Source: an uncultured Candidatus Pelagibacter sp.
GTDB taxonomy: Bacteria; Pseudomonadota; Alphaproteobacteria; Pelagibacterales; Pelagibacteraceae
Assembly (NCBI GenBank): GCA_943788395.1
Contig: CALSQC010000001.1
Coordinates: 647,035-711,034, forward strand
DNA length: 64,000 nucleotides
Reading direction: 5' to 3'
This document shows positions 43,427 through 53,319 of this stretch, piece by piece (within the stretch, counting starts at the first letter, position 1; the number at the start of each line of letters is the position of its first letter). A program made the translations under genes and the position numbers. The notes below the pieces were generated by a model. It had not been told where the DNA came from, did no database searches, and worked only from the letters and a program-made list of their open reading frames with translations.

Positions 43427-43885
43427 ATGGAATCATTAAAAAATTGGATGGTAGATGCAGCAAATATTTTATTTGATGATAGCAAAAATGATTTAAGATC
43501 ATTACCAAGGTCTGTAAGATTACAAATTCTTTTAGTTTTGAGTTTTGTTTGGACTACAGTTTTTAGTCTTTATATATTTTCTTACACCACATTTGCTTTT
43601 GGTTGGGCGGGTCTTTATGTTGCACACATCGGTTTAATATTTGCAGTTTACATGACCTTTAAACAATTTCATAAAGCTGAAGAAAGATCTAACAGTGTAT
43701 TCCAGACAAAAAATTTTGATCCTTTTAAAATAATGGTCATTGTTTTTGTTGTTGTGTTCATTTTTGTTTTTTCAAAAGGAATTGAAGTTTTAACTAGTCC
43801 AAACCCTAGCTCTTACTCTATTCCCTATGATGGACCATCAAAATCAGTGTTTGAAAAATGGTTACCGTTTAGTAAAGATAAATAA
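43427..43885 (+). CDS. membrane protein of unknown function
   Basis: 152 aa, 3 predicted TM helices. Its stop overlaps the next start (ATAATG). Confidence 0.5.
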   Translation: MESLKNWMVDAANILFDDSKNDLRSLPRSVRLQILLVLSFVWTTVFSLYIFSYTTFAFGWAGLYVAHIGLIFAVYMTFKQFHKAEERSNSVFQTKNFDPFKIMVIVFVVVFIFVFSKGIEVLTSPNPSSYSIPYDGPSKSVFEKWLPFSKDK

Positions 43886-44265
43886 TGGAAAAAATAGCAA
43901 AAAATTTACAGCTTGTTTTAATGTGTATTATTTTAATAAGCACAGTGATTGCAGTTGGTATAGAAATTAAAAATATGTTTCTTAACCAATCAGTAACATT
44001 GGCTGATTTGCTTTTAATGTTTCTTTACTTAGAGGTATTGGCAATGGTTCGAGTGTTCTGGGACCAACAATCAATCAGCATAACCTTGCCTCTTTTAATT
44101 GCAATCACAGCTCTTGCTCGATTTATTATTCTGCAAGGTAAAGAAATGGATCCAACAGCATTAGTTTATGAGGCTATTGCAATAGTTTTAATTGCAGCTG
44201 CAATTGTAATTCTAAGATTAAGACACAGCGATAAATTGGGTCTAAAAAGAAAAAAATCAAGATAA
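43885..44265 (+). CDS. PsiE-like small membrane protein
   Basis: 126 aa, 4 TM segments. LLMFLYLEVLAMVR... resembles the phosphate-starvation-inducible PsiE family; assignment is from memory. Confidence 0.4.
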   Translation: MEKIAKNLQLVLMCIILISTVIAVGIEIKNMFLNQSVTLADLLLMFLYLEVLAMVRVFWDQQSISITLPLLIAITALARFIILQGKEMDPTALVYEAIAIVLIAAAIVILRLRHSDKLGLKRKKSR

Positions 44266-44271
44266 TCTAAT

Positions 44272-45414
44272 ATGATATTTGAAGCCTCAAGGGCCAAGGC
44301 CGTTGATCAATTAAATAACTTTGTAGAAAATAATTTATCAGATTATTCAAAACTAAGAAATTTTGATTTTGGGCCTAGCAATAGAACAAATATTTCTTGT
44401 CTGTCTCCATATATAACCCATGGTGTGATCAATGAATTAGAGTTAATTGATAAATCGCTTAAAAAATTTACGTTTGCAAAAAATGAAAAGTTTATTCAAG
44501 AAGTTTTATGGCGTGTTTACTGGAAAGGTTGGCTTGAACTAAGACCAAATGTTTGGTCAGACTATTTGATAGAATTAGATAAAATTAAAAGTCAATTTAA
44601 AAACAACCAAAATTATTTAGATGCTATTGAGGGAAAAACAGACATTGAGTGTTTTAATCAGTGGATAATTGAACTTAAAGAAAATAACTACCTCCATAAC
44701 CACACTAGAATGTGGTTTGCTAGTATTTGGATATTTACACTAGAATTACCATGGCAATTAGGTGCAGAATTTTTTATGCAACATCTTTATGATGGTGATC
44801 CTGCATCAAACACTCTTGGTTGGAGGTGGGTAGCTGGTATTCAAACTCAAGGTAAACATTATTTGGCTACTGAATGGAATATAAATAAATTTACCAATAA
44901 TAGATTTAAAAACATAAAACTTAATGAAAATGCTCAACCAATATTTAGTGATAAAACTTACTCGATTAATAAAAAAGATTTTTTAAATTCTGAAATCTTA
45001 GAAGATAAAACTTTATTAATATTTGAAAATAATATGACATTTGAATTTTCTGATTTTAAAGAACATAAATTTAAAAAAATTTTGTTAGTCTCAAATAATA
45101 CAAATAGAACTATCAGAATTAAGTGAAAAAGTGTTGAAATTTAAAGCTAATCTTTTAGAGGATCAAAAAATAAGATTAGAAGAAAAATCAATTAATTGTG
45201 AAATTACTAACATTAATGATTTAAAAAATATTACTGAAGAAGTTTATGCTCTTTATCCAACTGTTGGTGAAAATTTAGATTTTATTCAAAATAATCAATT
45301 AAAAATATTAAATTTTTATATAGAAAATTAGATCAGTTTTCTTGGCAATATTGTAATAAAGGTTTTTTTAATTTTAAAAATTATATTCCAAAAATTATTG
45401 CTAATTTTAATTAA
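44272..45414 (+). pseudogene. photolyase/cryptochrome-family FAD-binding-domain protein (no N-terminal alpha/beta domain), 2 frameshifts
   Basis: LSPYITHGV, WRVYWKGW and NHTRMWFASIW...DGDPASNTLGWRWVAG motifs. The frame changes between 45090..45126 and again between 45310..45331. The restored ORF ends at 45414. Confidence 0.7.
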
Positions 45415-45634
45415 AACCAACGTATCATTCCAATTATACCAGCTGTTGCATAAAAAAATTGTAATACAAGTATTCCCTTATGACCTCCTCTATAGGCCCA
45501 GATACCAATTAAAATAGCTGATAACAAGTAACAAACAAAATCCCAAAAACTCTATTCCAATATTTAAGGCTACAAATAAGGAATATAAGAATTGCTGTAA
45601 CAACCCCTGCCCATTCAAAAAATTTATTATTCAT
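45411..45634 (-). pseudogene. small (about 74 aa) membrane protein with one frameshift
   Basis: The span is 224 nt, not a multiple of 3. Frame 0 gives MNNKFFEWAGVVTAILIFLI... The terminal frame gives ...LLSAILIGIWAYRGGHKGILVLQFFYATAGIIGMIRWF*. The switch is at about 45510..45550. Its stop interlocks with the stop of the convergent gene. Confidence 0.35.
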
Positions 45635-45635
45635 T

Positions 45636-46307
45636 TTATAATTTTTTTATTTGTTTAAAATTTTTATCAAAATTTATCTTTTTTAAATAATTCAAAAATC
45701 TTTTTTTATTTTTAGGCCATTCTTTATCTAAAATAGAGAACCAGGCTGAATCTCTGCTTCTACCCTTAAAAATAAACATTTGTCTAAACACACCTTCAAA
45801 TCTAAAACCCAATCTTAAAGCTGCTTTTTTTGAGGATGAATTTAAATTATTACATTTCCACTCATATCTTCTGTTCCCCAAAACTTCAAAGGCATTTTTC
45901 ATCATCAAATACATCGTTTCAGTTCCTTCAACTGAATTTTGAAGAAGTGGAGAATAATTAATGTGCCCAACTTCAATTGAACCATGATCTGGTTCAATTC
46001 TTAGATAGCTCGCCATTCCACAATATTTTTTGTGTCTTTTGGAATAAATTGAATAAAAAAAAGGATCCTTGTTTAAACAAAATGATTTCATCCAATTTCT
46101 AAAATTTAAATAAGTTTTAAATGGCCCATAAGGCAAGTACGTCCAAATTATATTCTTTTTATCTTTTGAATATTCTGAATATAAGCCTTTTGAATGTTTG
46201 CTAACATTTAAAGGTTCAAGAATTGTATAATTTCCAACTAATTTTTTCTTTAATGGTAACTTTGCTTTTTTAAATTTTACCTTAGGGCCTAGTTTTAATT
46301 TATTCAT
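45636..46307 (-). CDS. GNAT-family N-acetyltransferase (RimJ/RimL-like)
   Basis: 223 aa. The C-terminal ...NLNSSSKKAALRLGFRFEGVFRQ... acetyl-CoA-binding region. Confidence 0.75.
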   Translation of the reverse strand: MNKLKLGPKVKFKKAKLPLKKKLVGNYTILEPLNVSKHSKGLYSEYSKDKKNIIWTYLPYGPFKTYLNFRNWMKSFCLNKDPFFYSIYSKRHKKYCGMASYLRIEPDHGSIEVGHINYSPLLQNSVEGTETMYLMMKNAFEVLGNRRYEWKCNNLNSSSKKAALRLGFRFEGVFRQMFIFKGRSRDSAWFSILDKEWPKNKKRFLNYLKKINFDKNFKQIKKL

Positions 46308-47024
46308 AATATTTTTTTAAAATTCTTATAAAGAATCTTAGAATAATTATTCATATCAGTCATATTATTTTTGGCAGCTTTATCAAATTTTTCTAATGCT
46401 CCATCTCCTAATTGATCTTCTAAGAGCTTTTTTATATTCTGGCACACATCCCCATTCATTAACTGTAGTGTCTTTAATTTCAATATGAAATTGAATTGCA
46501 TATGCATGATTTTGGTATTTAAAAATTTGATATTTGGTAACAGGAGATGATGCTAGTAAAGTTACATCCTTATTATTTTCTATTCCTTGCACTTCATAAG
46601 AATGCCACTGCAAACTTTTAATTTGCTCTGGAAATTTTGAAAATAAGATGTCTTCATTTTTTTCTTTAGTAAAATTGATATCCATAATCCCAATTTCTGC
46701 TGGATTTGATTTAACTACCTTGCCACCTATTACCTCACCTAGTAATTGACACCCAAGACAAAAACCTAAATAAGGTTTTTTTAAATTAACAACAAATTCT
46801 TTAATTGCTTTTTTTTCTTCAATTAGCCATGGGTATTCTTGTTCCATAAAAGTATCCATTGGACCACCCATACAAAACATTCCATCAAATTTACTTAGAT
46901 CGCTTGGAATTTTTTCACCTTCATCCAGTTCTATGGTGGTTAATTTAAAGCCATCAGCTAACATTAAATCTTTGATATAGCCTGGGTCTTCAATTTTTAT
47001 ATGTTGTAAAACTATTATATTCAT
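46304..47024 (-). pseudogene. class I glutamine amidotransferase with a C-terminal frameshift
   Basis: GFCLGCQLL nucleophile elbow and HIEI His/Glu. Removing 1 nt near 46421 joins ...VPEYKKAL to EDQLGDGALEKFDKAAKNN...KKIL*. Confidence 0.7.
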
Positions 47025-47027
47025 TCC

Positions 47028-47443
47028 TTAACCGATCAAATAGAAGACTAGAAGGTATCTACTTACTTTTCCAATTGCTACTAAAATAATAAAATCTAAA
47101 AACCTAACTCTCAATAAACCTGCAACTAAAGTTAGTGGGTCGCCTAAAATAGGAACCCAAGCAAATAATAACGACCATTTACCAAATTTATTAAACCACT
47201 TTGATGATCTTTCTATTTGTGTTTCTTTAAATGGAAACCATTTTTTTATAGTAAGATTTCTTGAATAAAATCCTAAAACCCAATTAACAACTGAACCTAA
47301 GACATTCCCAAAGCTTGCAACAATTAACAATAATACATTATCATAATTTGATGTTGTAATTAACCCTGCTAACGTAAGCTCAGATGAAAAGGTAAAATGG
47401 TTGCAGCTAAAAAGGATATAAAAAATAAAGATAAATAAATCAC
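47028..47443 (-). pseudogene. YqaA/DedA-type (SNARE-associated) membrane protein with an N-terminal frameshift
   Basis: A GTG start at 47443 gives [20 protein letters not shown] 1-nt loss in a T-run near 47388 separates it from SSELTLAGLITTSNYDNVLLLIVASFGNVLGS... Confidence 0.65.
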
Positions 47444-47562
47444 TTCGAACACTTTTTAGAACAATACTTTACCTTGTCCCAATTTAGCTTCCATTTTTTG
47501 CGCCAGACGAAAGGTCTTTTACAAACTGGACAAACTTTTGATGGTAAATTTTCTTTTTTCAC
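47440..47562 (-). CDS. DUF2256-like zinc-ribbon protein, 40 aa (missed by the ORF track)
   Basis: My translation is [40 protein letters not shown]. There are two CxxC/CxxxC pairs. The GTG start overlaps the upstream TAG (TAGTG) and the stop overlaps the downstream GTG (GTGA). Confidence 0.6.
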   Translation of the reverse strand: MKKENLPSKVCPVCKRPFVWRKKWKLNWDKVKYCSKKCSK

Positions 47563-49050
47563 TAAATTGTATTTTTTTTAATGAATTTATCTGCTTCAGA
47601 CAAAATCATTTTTTTTCTTTCATCTTTCATTTTATCAAAAATTCGAACCATCATAGATAATCTTGGATTTTTTAAAAAAAATTTTCTATTTCGATCAATG
47701 AATCTCCAGTAAAGACCATCCATCGTATTACACCATTCCCCTTTTTTAAAATCCATCATCTTCATAAAATAAGCAGATCCACAAATGTATGGTTTAGTTG
47801 CAAAAATTCCTCCATCACTAAATAAACCCATTCCATAAACATTGGGTACCATCACCCAGTCAGATGAATCTACAAACATTTCCATAAACCATTTATAAAC
47901 AATGTTGGTTTAACCTCACAAAGGTTCATGATATTTGATAAAATCATTAATCTTTCAATATGATGAGACCAACCATGATCAACGGCGTTTTTAATTGCAT
48001 GATCTAAGGGAGGTAAACCTGTTGTTCCTTCATACCAAGATTTTTTCATTTTTCTTTCATGTTTAAAAAAATTTTTTGTTTCCATTTCATCAGAATAACC
48101 TTGATAAATTCCACGCATAAACTCTCTCCAACCTATTACCTGACGAATATAACCTTCAAGTGAATTCATTCTAATTTTATGTTTTTTATGAAATTCTAAA
48201 ACTTTTTGAATAATAAATTCAGGAGTTATTAATCCAAATTAATATATGGACTTAAAGCACTATGAAATAAGATATTATCTTTTTGATTAACAGCATCTTC
48301 ATAGTCACCAAATAAATTAGATTTTTCTTTGATAAAAAAATTGAGAAGTTTAACTACATCATCATATTCGGTTGCTAACCAGAAGTTATTTGTACTACCT
48401 GGGTGGTCTTTAAATATTTTTTCAATAATTGGTTTTAATTTTTTAGTATGGCTTGTTTCATTAATTTTTGGAAATTTTGGAATTGAAATGTCCTTAGGTA
48501 ATTTATTTCTGTTATCTTCATCAAAACTCCATTTACCACCAATGGGCTGTCCATCAGCACCCATCAATATTCCAGATTTTTTACGAACTTCTTTATAAAA
48601 AGTTGCCATAAAAGGTTTTTTTGATTTTCCTAAATAATTTTTAAACTCATCTCTAGAATTTAAAAACATTGGGGTTTGAATAACATTCCAATTAATTTTT
48701 TCTTTTTTTAAAAATTGTGAAATTTTTTTTTCAAAAAATTTATCTTCTACTTCAAAACTGGTAATTTCTTTTATTTTTTTTTGTGTGATTATTTTTTTTA
48801 ATTTTTTAAAATAATCATCTTTAAAATCTTTGTCTTCAATTTTAAGATAATCTAATTTATATTTATTTTTCTTAAGACTATCTGCATAAGACCTCATAGA
48901 AGACAAGAATAGCAAGATTTTTTGCTTATGATGTTTTTCATAGGTGCATAATCCGTTATCTTCTGCCATAAAAAACACATGGTCCTTTTTGAAGCGGTCT
49001 ACGTATTTTAATGGAAATAATTGATTGCCAAGTATAAAAAACAATTTCAT
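47562..49050 (-). pseudogene. photolyase-related protein (COG3046 / FeS-BCP-type), 2 frameshifts
   Basis: Three ORFs (273, 99 and 107 aa) rejoin as ...HSALSPYIN-GLITPEF... near 48235 and ...LCEVKP-NIVYKWFMEMFVDSSDW... near 47907. Motifs GWREFMRG, GWSHHIERLM and KPYICGSAY are present. Confidence 0.8.
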
Positions 49051-49077
49051 AGTTAAATATAACTAATTAAAAATTAT

Positions 49078-49789
49078 ATGTCAGAAAAATATCTTATTTT
49101 TGGTGCGACAGGTTCTGTAGGTTCTAGCTTAGCTGAACAGTTAAAAAATTCAGGTAATGATATTCATTTGGTTGCAAGAAATGAAAGTGAAGTTAAAGCA
49201 ATTGCTGAAAAATTGGGTTGCTCTTACACTGTAGCTAATGTTTTAGATGAGGGTTTTATCGAAAAAGTTAAAAGCAGATGTTGCTGAAATAAAGGGTATT
49301 GCTTACTGTGTTGGCTCTATTGATTTAAAGCCATTAAGAATGGTTACTGAAGCAGATATGAATAAATGTATGAAATTAAATCTTTATTCAGCTATTGAGG
49401 CTATCAAAGGATTTCAAGAAAGTTTAAAAAAAAATAAAGGCTCAATTGTTTTGTTTTCGACCGTTGCTGCTCAAAGAGGATTTACTAATCATACAATCAT
49501 TGCTTCTGCAAAGGCTGCTGTAGAAGGTTTGACTGTAACTCTTGCTGCTGAATTTGCCCCACATATTAGAGTAAATTGTGTAGCTCCAAGTTTATCAAAA
49601 TCAAAAATAGCAGAACCTATGTTAAAAAATCCAACTATCGCAGAAGGTATTGCTAAAGCTCATCCACTTAAAAGATTGGGTGAAGGAAAAGACTCTGCTG
49701 CTCTTGCAAAGTTTTTGATAACTGAAGAAAGCTCTTGGGTTACTGGCCAAGTTATTGCTGTTGATGGTGGAAGATCTAAATTATCTTAA
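49078..49789 (+). pseudogene. short-chain dehydrogenase/reductase split by one frameshift
   Basis: IFGATGSVGSSLA NAD(P) fold. An A-run near 49270 shifts ...GFIEKVK away from ADVAEIKGIAYCVGS... The tail reads VTGQVIAVDGG. Confidence 0.75.
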
Positions 49790-49796
49790 AATTAAA

Positions 49797-50063
49797 TTAT
49801 TTATCTAAAAGTTTTTTCTTTGCTTTTTCAAATTCTTCTTCAGTCAGAGCACCAGTTTTATAAAGTTCATTCAATTTAACTAACTCATCAGACAGATTTT
49901 CATCACCAACTTTTAATTGATCATTTTCATTTTCTATATTTCTAGTCTCCTCCAAAGCTCTTTCATTCTTTGCTTTAAAACCTGTTAAGATTGCTGAAAC
50001 ACCTAAATACAAAATAAAAACCAGAACGGGTAATGCTAAACTTAAAAAAATTATTTTTTCCAT
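49797..50063 (-). CDS. single-TM protein with a C-terminal SHOCT-like domain
   Basis: 88 aa. N-terminal TM helix and C-terminal LNELYKTGALTEEEFEKAKKKLL. Confidence 0.5.
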   Translation of the reverse strand: MEKIIFLSLALPVLVFILYLGVSAILTGFKAKNERALEETRNIENENDQLKVGDENLSDELVKLNELYKTGALTEEEFEKAKKKLLDK

Positions 50064-50087
50064 TATCTCTTTATATATTGATTTTAA

Positions 50088-50291
50088 TCAATCTTCATCC
50101 TCTTCTCTCCAGCCTTTTTCATACATTAACCATGCAGCGTAAATAACTGAGGATACTCCAACAATCATACCAAAATCAAAGCCTGTTTGTTGGTCATATA
50201 AATACCAGCCTAATTGCGTTGCACCAATAGGAGGAACTGTGAGAATTAACATTAATATAGCAATTCTATATGGGTATGGTGGTTTCTTCAT
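50088..50291 (-). CDS. small two-TM membrane protein
   Basis: 67 aa, two hydrophobic helices and an acidic C-terminus. No family was recognised. Confidence 0.4.
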   Translation of the reverse strand: MKKPPYPYRIAILMLILTVPPIGATQLGWYLYDQQTGFDFGMIVGVSSVIYAAWLMYEKGWREEDED

Positions 50292-50387
50292 AAGAAATAT
50301 TATTAAAAATAACCCTTAATTAAAATATAAAATTATGAGGCAAATAATCCTCTCAATTTATCTTCATTAATTTTTGATTAAATGAGT

Positions 50388-51233
50388 TTATCTTTGAGAT
50401 CTTTTAAAACACTCGATAGTATTTTTTAATAGGCAGGCAATCGTCATTGGTCCTACACCACCAGGTACTGGTGTTAAAGCTTTTGCAACTTTTGAAACTT
50501 CCTCAAATGCAACATCACCTACAATTCCTTTGTCAGTTTTATTAATACCAACATCTATCACGATCGCATCTTTTTTAACCCAATCTGCTTTGACAAGCTC
50601 TGGTATTCCAACTGCAGCCACAATTATATCAGCCTCTAAACATTCTGCTTTTAAATCTTTTGTTTTAGAGTGTGTGATTGTAACTGTGCAATTTTCCTTT
50701 AAAAGCAATTGTGCCATCGGTTTTCCATTTAAATTTGATCTTCCAACCATAACTGCTTTTTTTCCATTTAAGTTTGGTTCAATTTTTTTAATCATCAAAT
50801 AACATCCTAACGGGGTACAAGGAACTGAGCTTTCATAACCTGAGGAAAGGTTTCCAACATTCATTGGGTGAAATCCATCTACATCCTTTGAGGGAGCAAT
50901 TGCTTCAATAACTTTTTGTTTATCAATGTGTTTTGGTAATGGTAATTGAACTAAAATACCAGACACAGTCTCATCGTTATTTAATTCTTCAATTTTATCT
51001 AGTATTGTTTTTTCTTCAACAGCTTCTGGATATTTAATAACTTCTGATTTCAATCCTACTTCATTTGCAGATTTTTCTTTGTTCCGAACATAGATTTGAC
51101 TAGGAGCCATATCACCAATTAAAATAACTGTTAAACCAGGAACTTTATTATATTTAGTTTTTAGCTCAGAAACTTCTTTTTTTAGCTCTTCTCTTAATTC
51201 TGCTGCTGCTTTTTTTCCGTCTATTAAAATCAT
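50388..51233 (-). CDS. folD: bifunctional methylene-THF dehydrogenase / methenyl-THF cyclohydrolase
   Basis: 281 aa. Motifs IDGKKAA, YVRNKEKS, VGRSNLNGKP and PVPGGVGPMT. Confidence 0.95.
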   Translation of the reverse strand: MILIDGKKAAAELREELKKEVSELKTKYNKVPGLTVILIGDMAPSQIYVRNKEKSANEVGLKSEVIKYPEAVEEKTILDKIEELNNDETVSGILVQLPLPKHIDKQKVIEAIAPSKDVDGFHPMNVGNLSSGYESSVPCTPLGCYLMIKKIEPNLNGKKAVMVGRSNLNGKPMAQLLLKENCTVTITHSKTKDLKAECLEADIIVAAVGIPELVKADWVKKDAIVIDVGINKTDKGIVGDVAFEEVSKVAKALTPVPGGVGPMTIACLLKNTIECFKRSQR

Positions 51234-51243
51234 TTTATTTTCT

Positions 51244-51534
51244 CTAAAAAATCATTGGTGCGATGTAAAGCTTCATACACATTTCTATAAACCAAATCAA
51301 CAAGAGTAATACTATTGGTGATACATCTAGTGAACCTAAATTTGGAAGAAAACCTCTAATTTTGTTTAATATTGGGTCTGTTAATTTGTAAGTCATTTCT
51401 AAAATCGAATAAACAAATCTATTTTGCGTGTTTAAAATGTTAAATGCAATTAACCAACTGATGATAACATTTGCTATAACTACATAGGAATAAAGTTTTA
51501 ATACTTGAAGAACTAAGTAAAAAATAGCTATCAT
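51244..51534 (-). CDS. YGGT-family membrane protein
   Basis: 96 aa. LTDPILNKIRGFLPNLGSLDVSPIV matches the YggT pattern. Confidence 0.7.
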   Translation of the reverse strand: MIAIFYLVLQVLKLYSYVVIANVIISWLIAFNILNTQNRFVYSILEMTYKLTDPILNKIRGFLPNLGSLDVSPIVLLLLIWFIEMCMKLYIAPMIF

Positions 51535-52617
51535 TTTTTTTCTATATAAATCGACTGGCTTGGGAACGCAAAAGATGCATTATTTTTCTCAACTATTTGT
51601 TTAATTTCGATTGCCAATCTTTCTTTTACAGACAGCCATTCATTCCAACTATCTGTTTTTGTAAAACAACGAACATACATGTCTATGGAGCTGTCAGAAA
51701 ATTTATCAATTCTTACTGCCACTCCAACACTTGTATTATAATCTTCGCTTTTATTAATATAATTTTCAATTTGATCTCTTATAGTCTTAAGTTGATTAAC
51801 TGTCGTGTCGTATTGAAGTGTTATTATCCAACTAATTAGCCAGTTTGAAGTTTCACTTACATTAATGACTGCATTTTCTGCAAATTGAAAGTTAGGAATT
51901 ATTGCTAGCGACTTATCGAATTTTCTAATTGTTGTAGATCTAAAACCAATTTTTTCAACTATACCCTCTATAATTCCATCCACCATGATCCAATCACCTA
52001 TTTTAAATCTTTTTTCTACTAAAACTAAAATACCAGAAATTAAATTTTTAAATAAATCTTGTGCACCTAATGCAACTGCTACACCGAATAAACCTAGTCC
52101 TGCAATAATTGGTCCAATTTTTATTCCCCAAAGTTCGAGTACAGCCGCAAGACCTAATATAAAAATTAAAATCTTAAGAGATTTTATTATCCAACCAATT
52201 AATTCTCGTGTTAACATTTTATCTAATCCACTTAAAATATAAGAGATTGGTTCAATAATTTGATGAATTACCCAAAAAATGAAAATAGTAATTAGTGTTC
52301 TATTAATTGTATCAACAACTGCTCTGCCATCTTCAGCAAATGACATATAATAACTCGCAATAAAAAATCCTAAAACAATTGGTAAAAATCTTGCTGGCCC
52401 TTCCATTGCATGAACAAAAGTATCATCCAATTTATTAGTTGTTTTTTTTGCAATACTTTGCTAATCTTTTGATAATCACTTTACTTATGATTCCTCTAAA
52501 AATTAAAAAAATAAAAAATATACTAATACCAATTAAGATTTGAAAAATATCAACTCCATGAATCCCTTTGGACCAAACTGATAAAAATAATTCACTAAAA
52601 TTATTAAATAATTCCAT
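51531..52617 (-). pseudogene. MscS-family mechanosensitive channel with an N-terminal frameshift
   Basis: The 60-aa ORF (first TM) and the 299-aa ORF (FKIGDWIMVDGIIEGIVEKIGFRSTTIRKFD...IPN) rejoin as ...RLAK-IAKKTTNKLDDTFVHAMEG... with a 1-nt change near 52455. Confidence 0.7.
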
Positions 52618-52619
52618 AT

Positions 52620-53318
52620 TTAGATTTTATATAACAAAAATTCCTCTTCTCCAGGATTAAAAAGAAAAATCTTTTTCCACTTAATTTCATTTAAAATTGA
52701 AGAGGTTTTTTCTCCAATACACATCAAATTGGTATTCATCCACAAGGTTTCTAGCTGATAGTCTTTGATAACCTTTAAAAAATTAATCGCACTATTTTGA
52801 GAATAAATATACACAACTTCTGGCATCTTAGATTTTAAATTTTCTATAAAATTTTCATCATATTTTATAATTGCGTTTGCTTTGTAATTGATGACTCTTT
52901 CTACATTATATCCTTTAGAAATTAATTGTTCATCTAGATTACCAGAAATTATTTCTCCACTGACATAAAGTAACTTGCCCTCCGACATGTTAAAATTTTG
53001 TAAAATTAATTCTTTCAAATTATCAATATTTCCTTCAGCGGCAAAAACATTTTGAAAACCGACAGCTCTTGCCTTTTTTTCTGTAGATGCTCCTACACAA
53101 AAACAATTAATTTTTTTATCAATATTTTTAATATCAAGATATTTAATTGCATTTGAACTTGTAAAAATTATTCCCTTAAAGTCTGAAAAATTTACAAGAT
53201 TAATTTTTATTCCTTCAATCTCTATTAGCGGTAAATGAGAAACATTGTGACCTAATGACTGAAACTTCAAAATCATTTCATGACTATCTTCTAATGGTCT
53301 AGTAAATAAAATATGCAT
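52620..53318 (-). CDS. hemD: uroporphyrinogen-III synthase
   Basis: 232 aa. Lies immediately after hemC, with a weak HemD-like two-domain pattern (ILFTRP..., IFTSSNAI). Confidence 0.6.
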   Translation of the reverse strand: MHILFTRPLEDSHEMILKFQSLGHNVSHLPLIEIEGIKINLVNFSDFKGIIFTSSNAIKYLDIKNIDKKINCFCVGASTEKKARAVGFQNVFAAEGNIDNLKELILQNFNMSEGKLLYVSGEIISGNLDEQLISKGYNVERVINYKANAIIKYDENFIENLKSKMPEVVYIYSQNSAINFLKVIKDYQLETLWMNTNLMCIGEKTSSILNEIKWKKIFLFNPGEEEFLLYKI

Positions 53319-53319
53319 A

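Noticed and set aside
51234-51243. ZTP (pfl) riboswitch, which often precedes folD or purH.
   Set aside because: folD starts 10 nt after the preceding YGGT gene, and the purH start overlaps the preceding stop. There is no leader space and no GGGUCGUGAC/CCGCCUGGGCA-like sequence.
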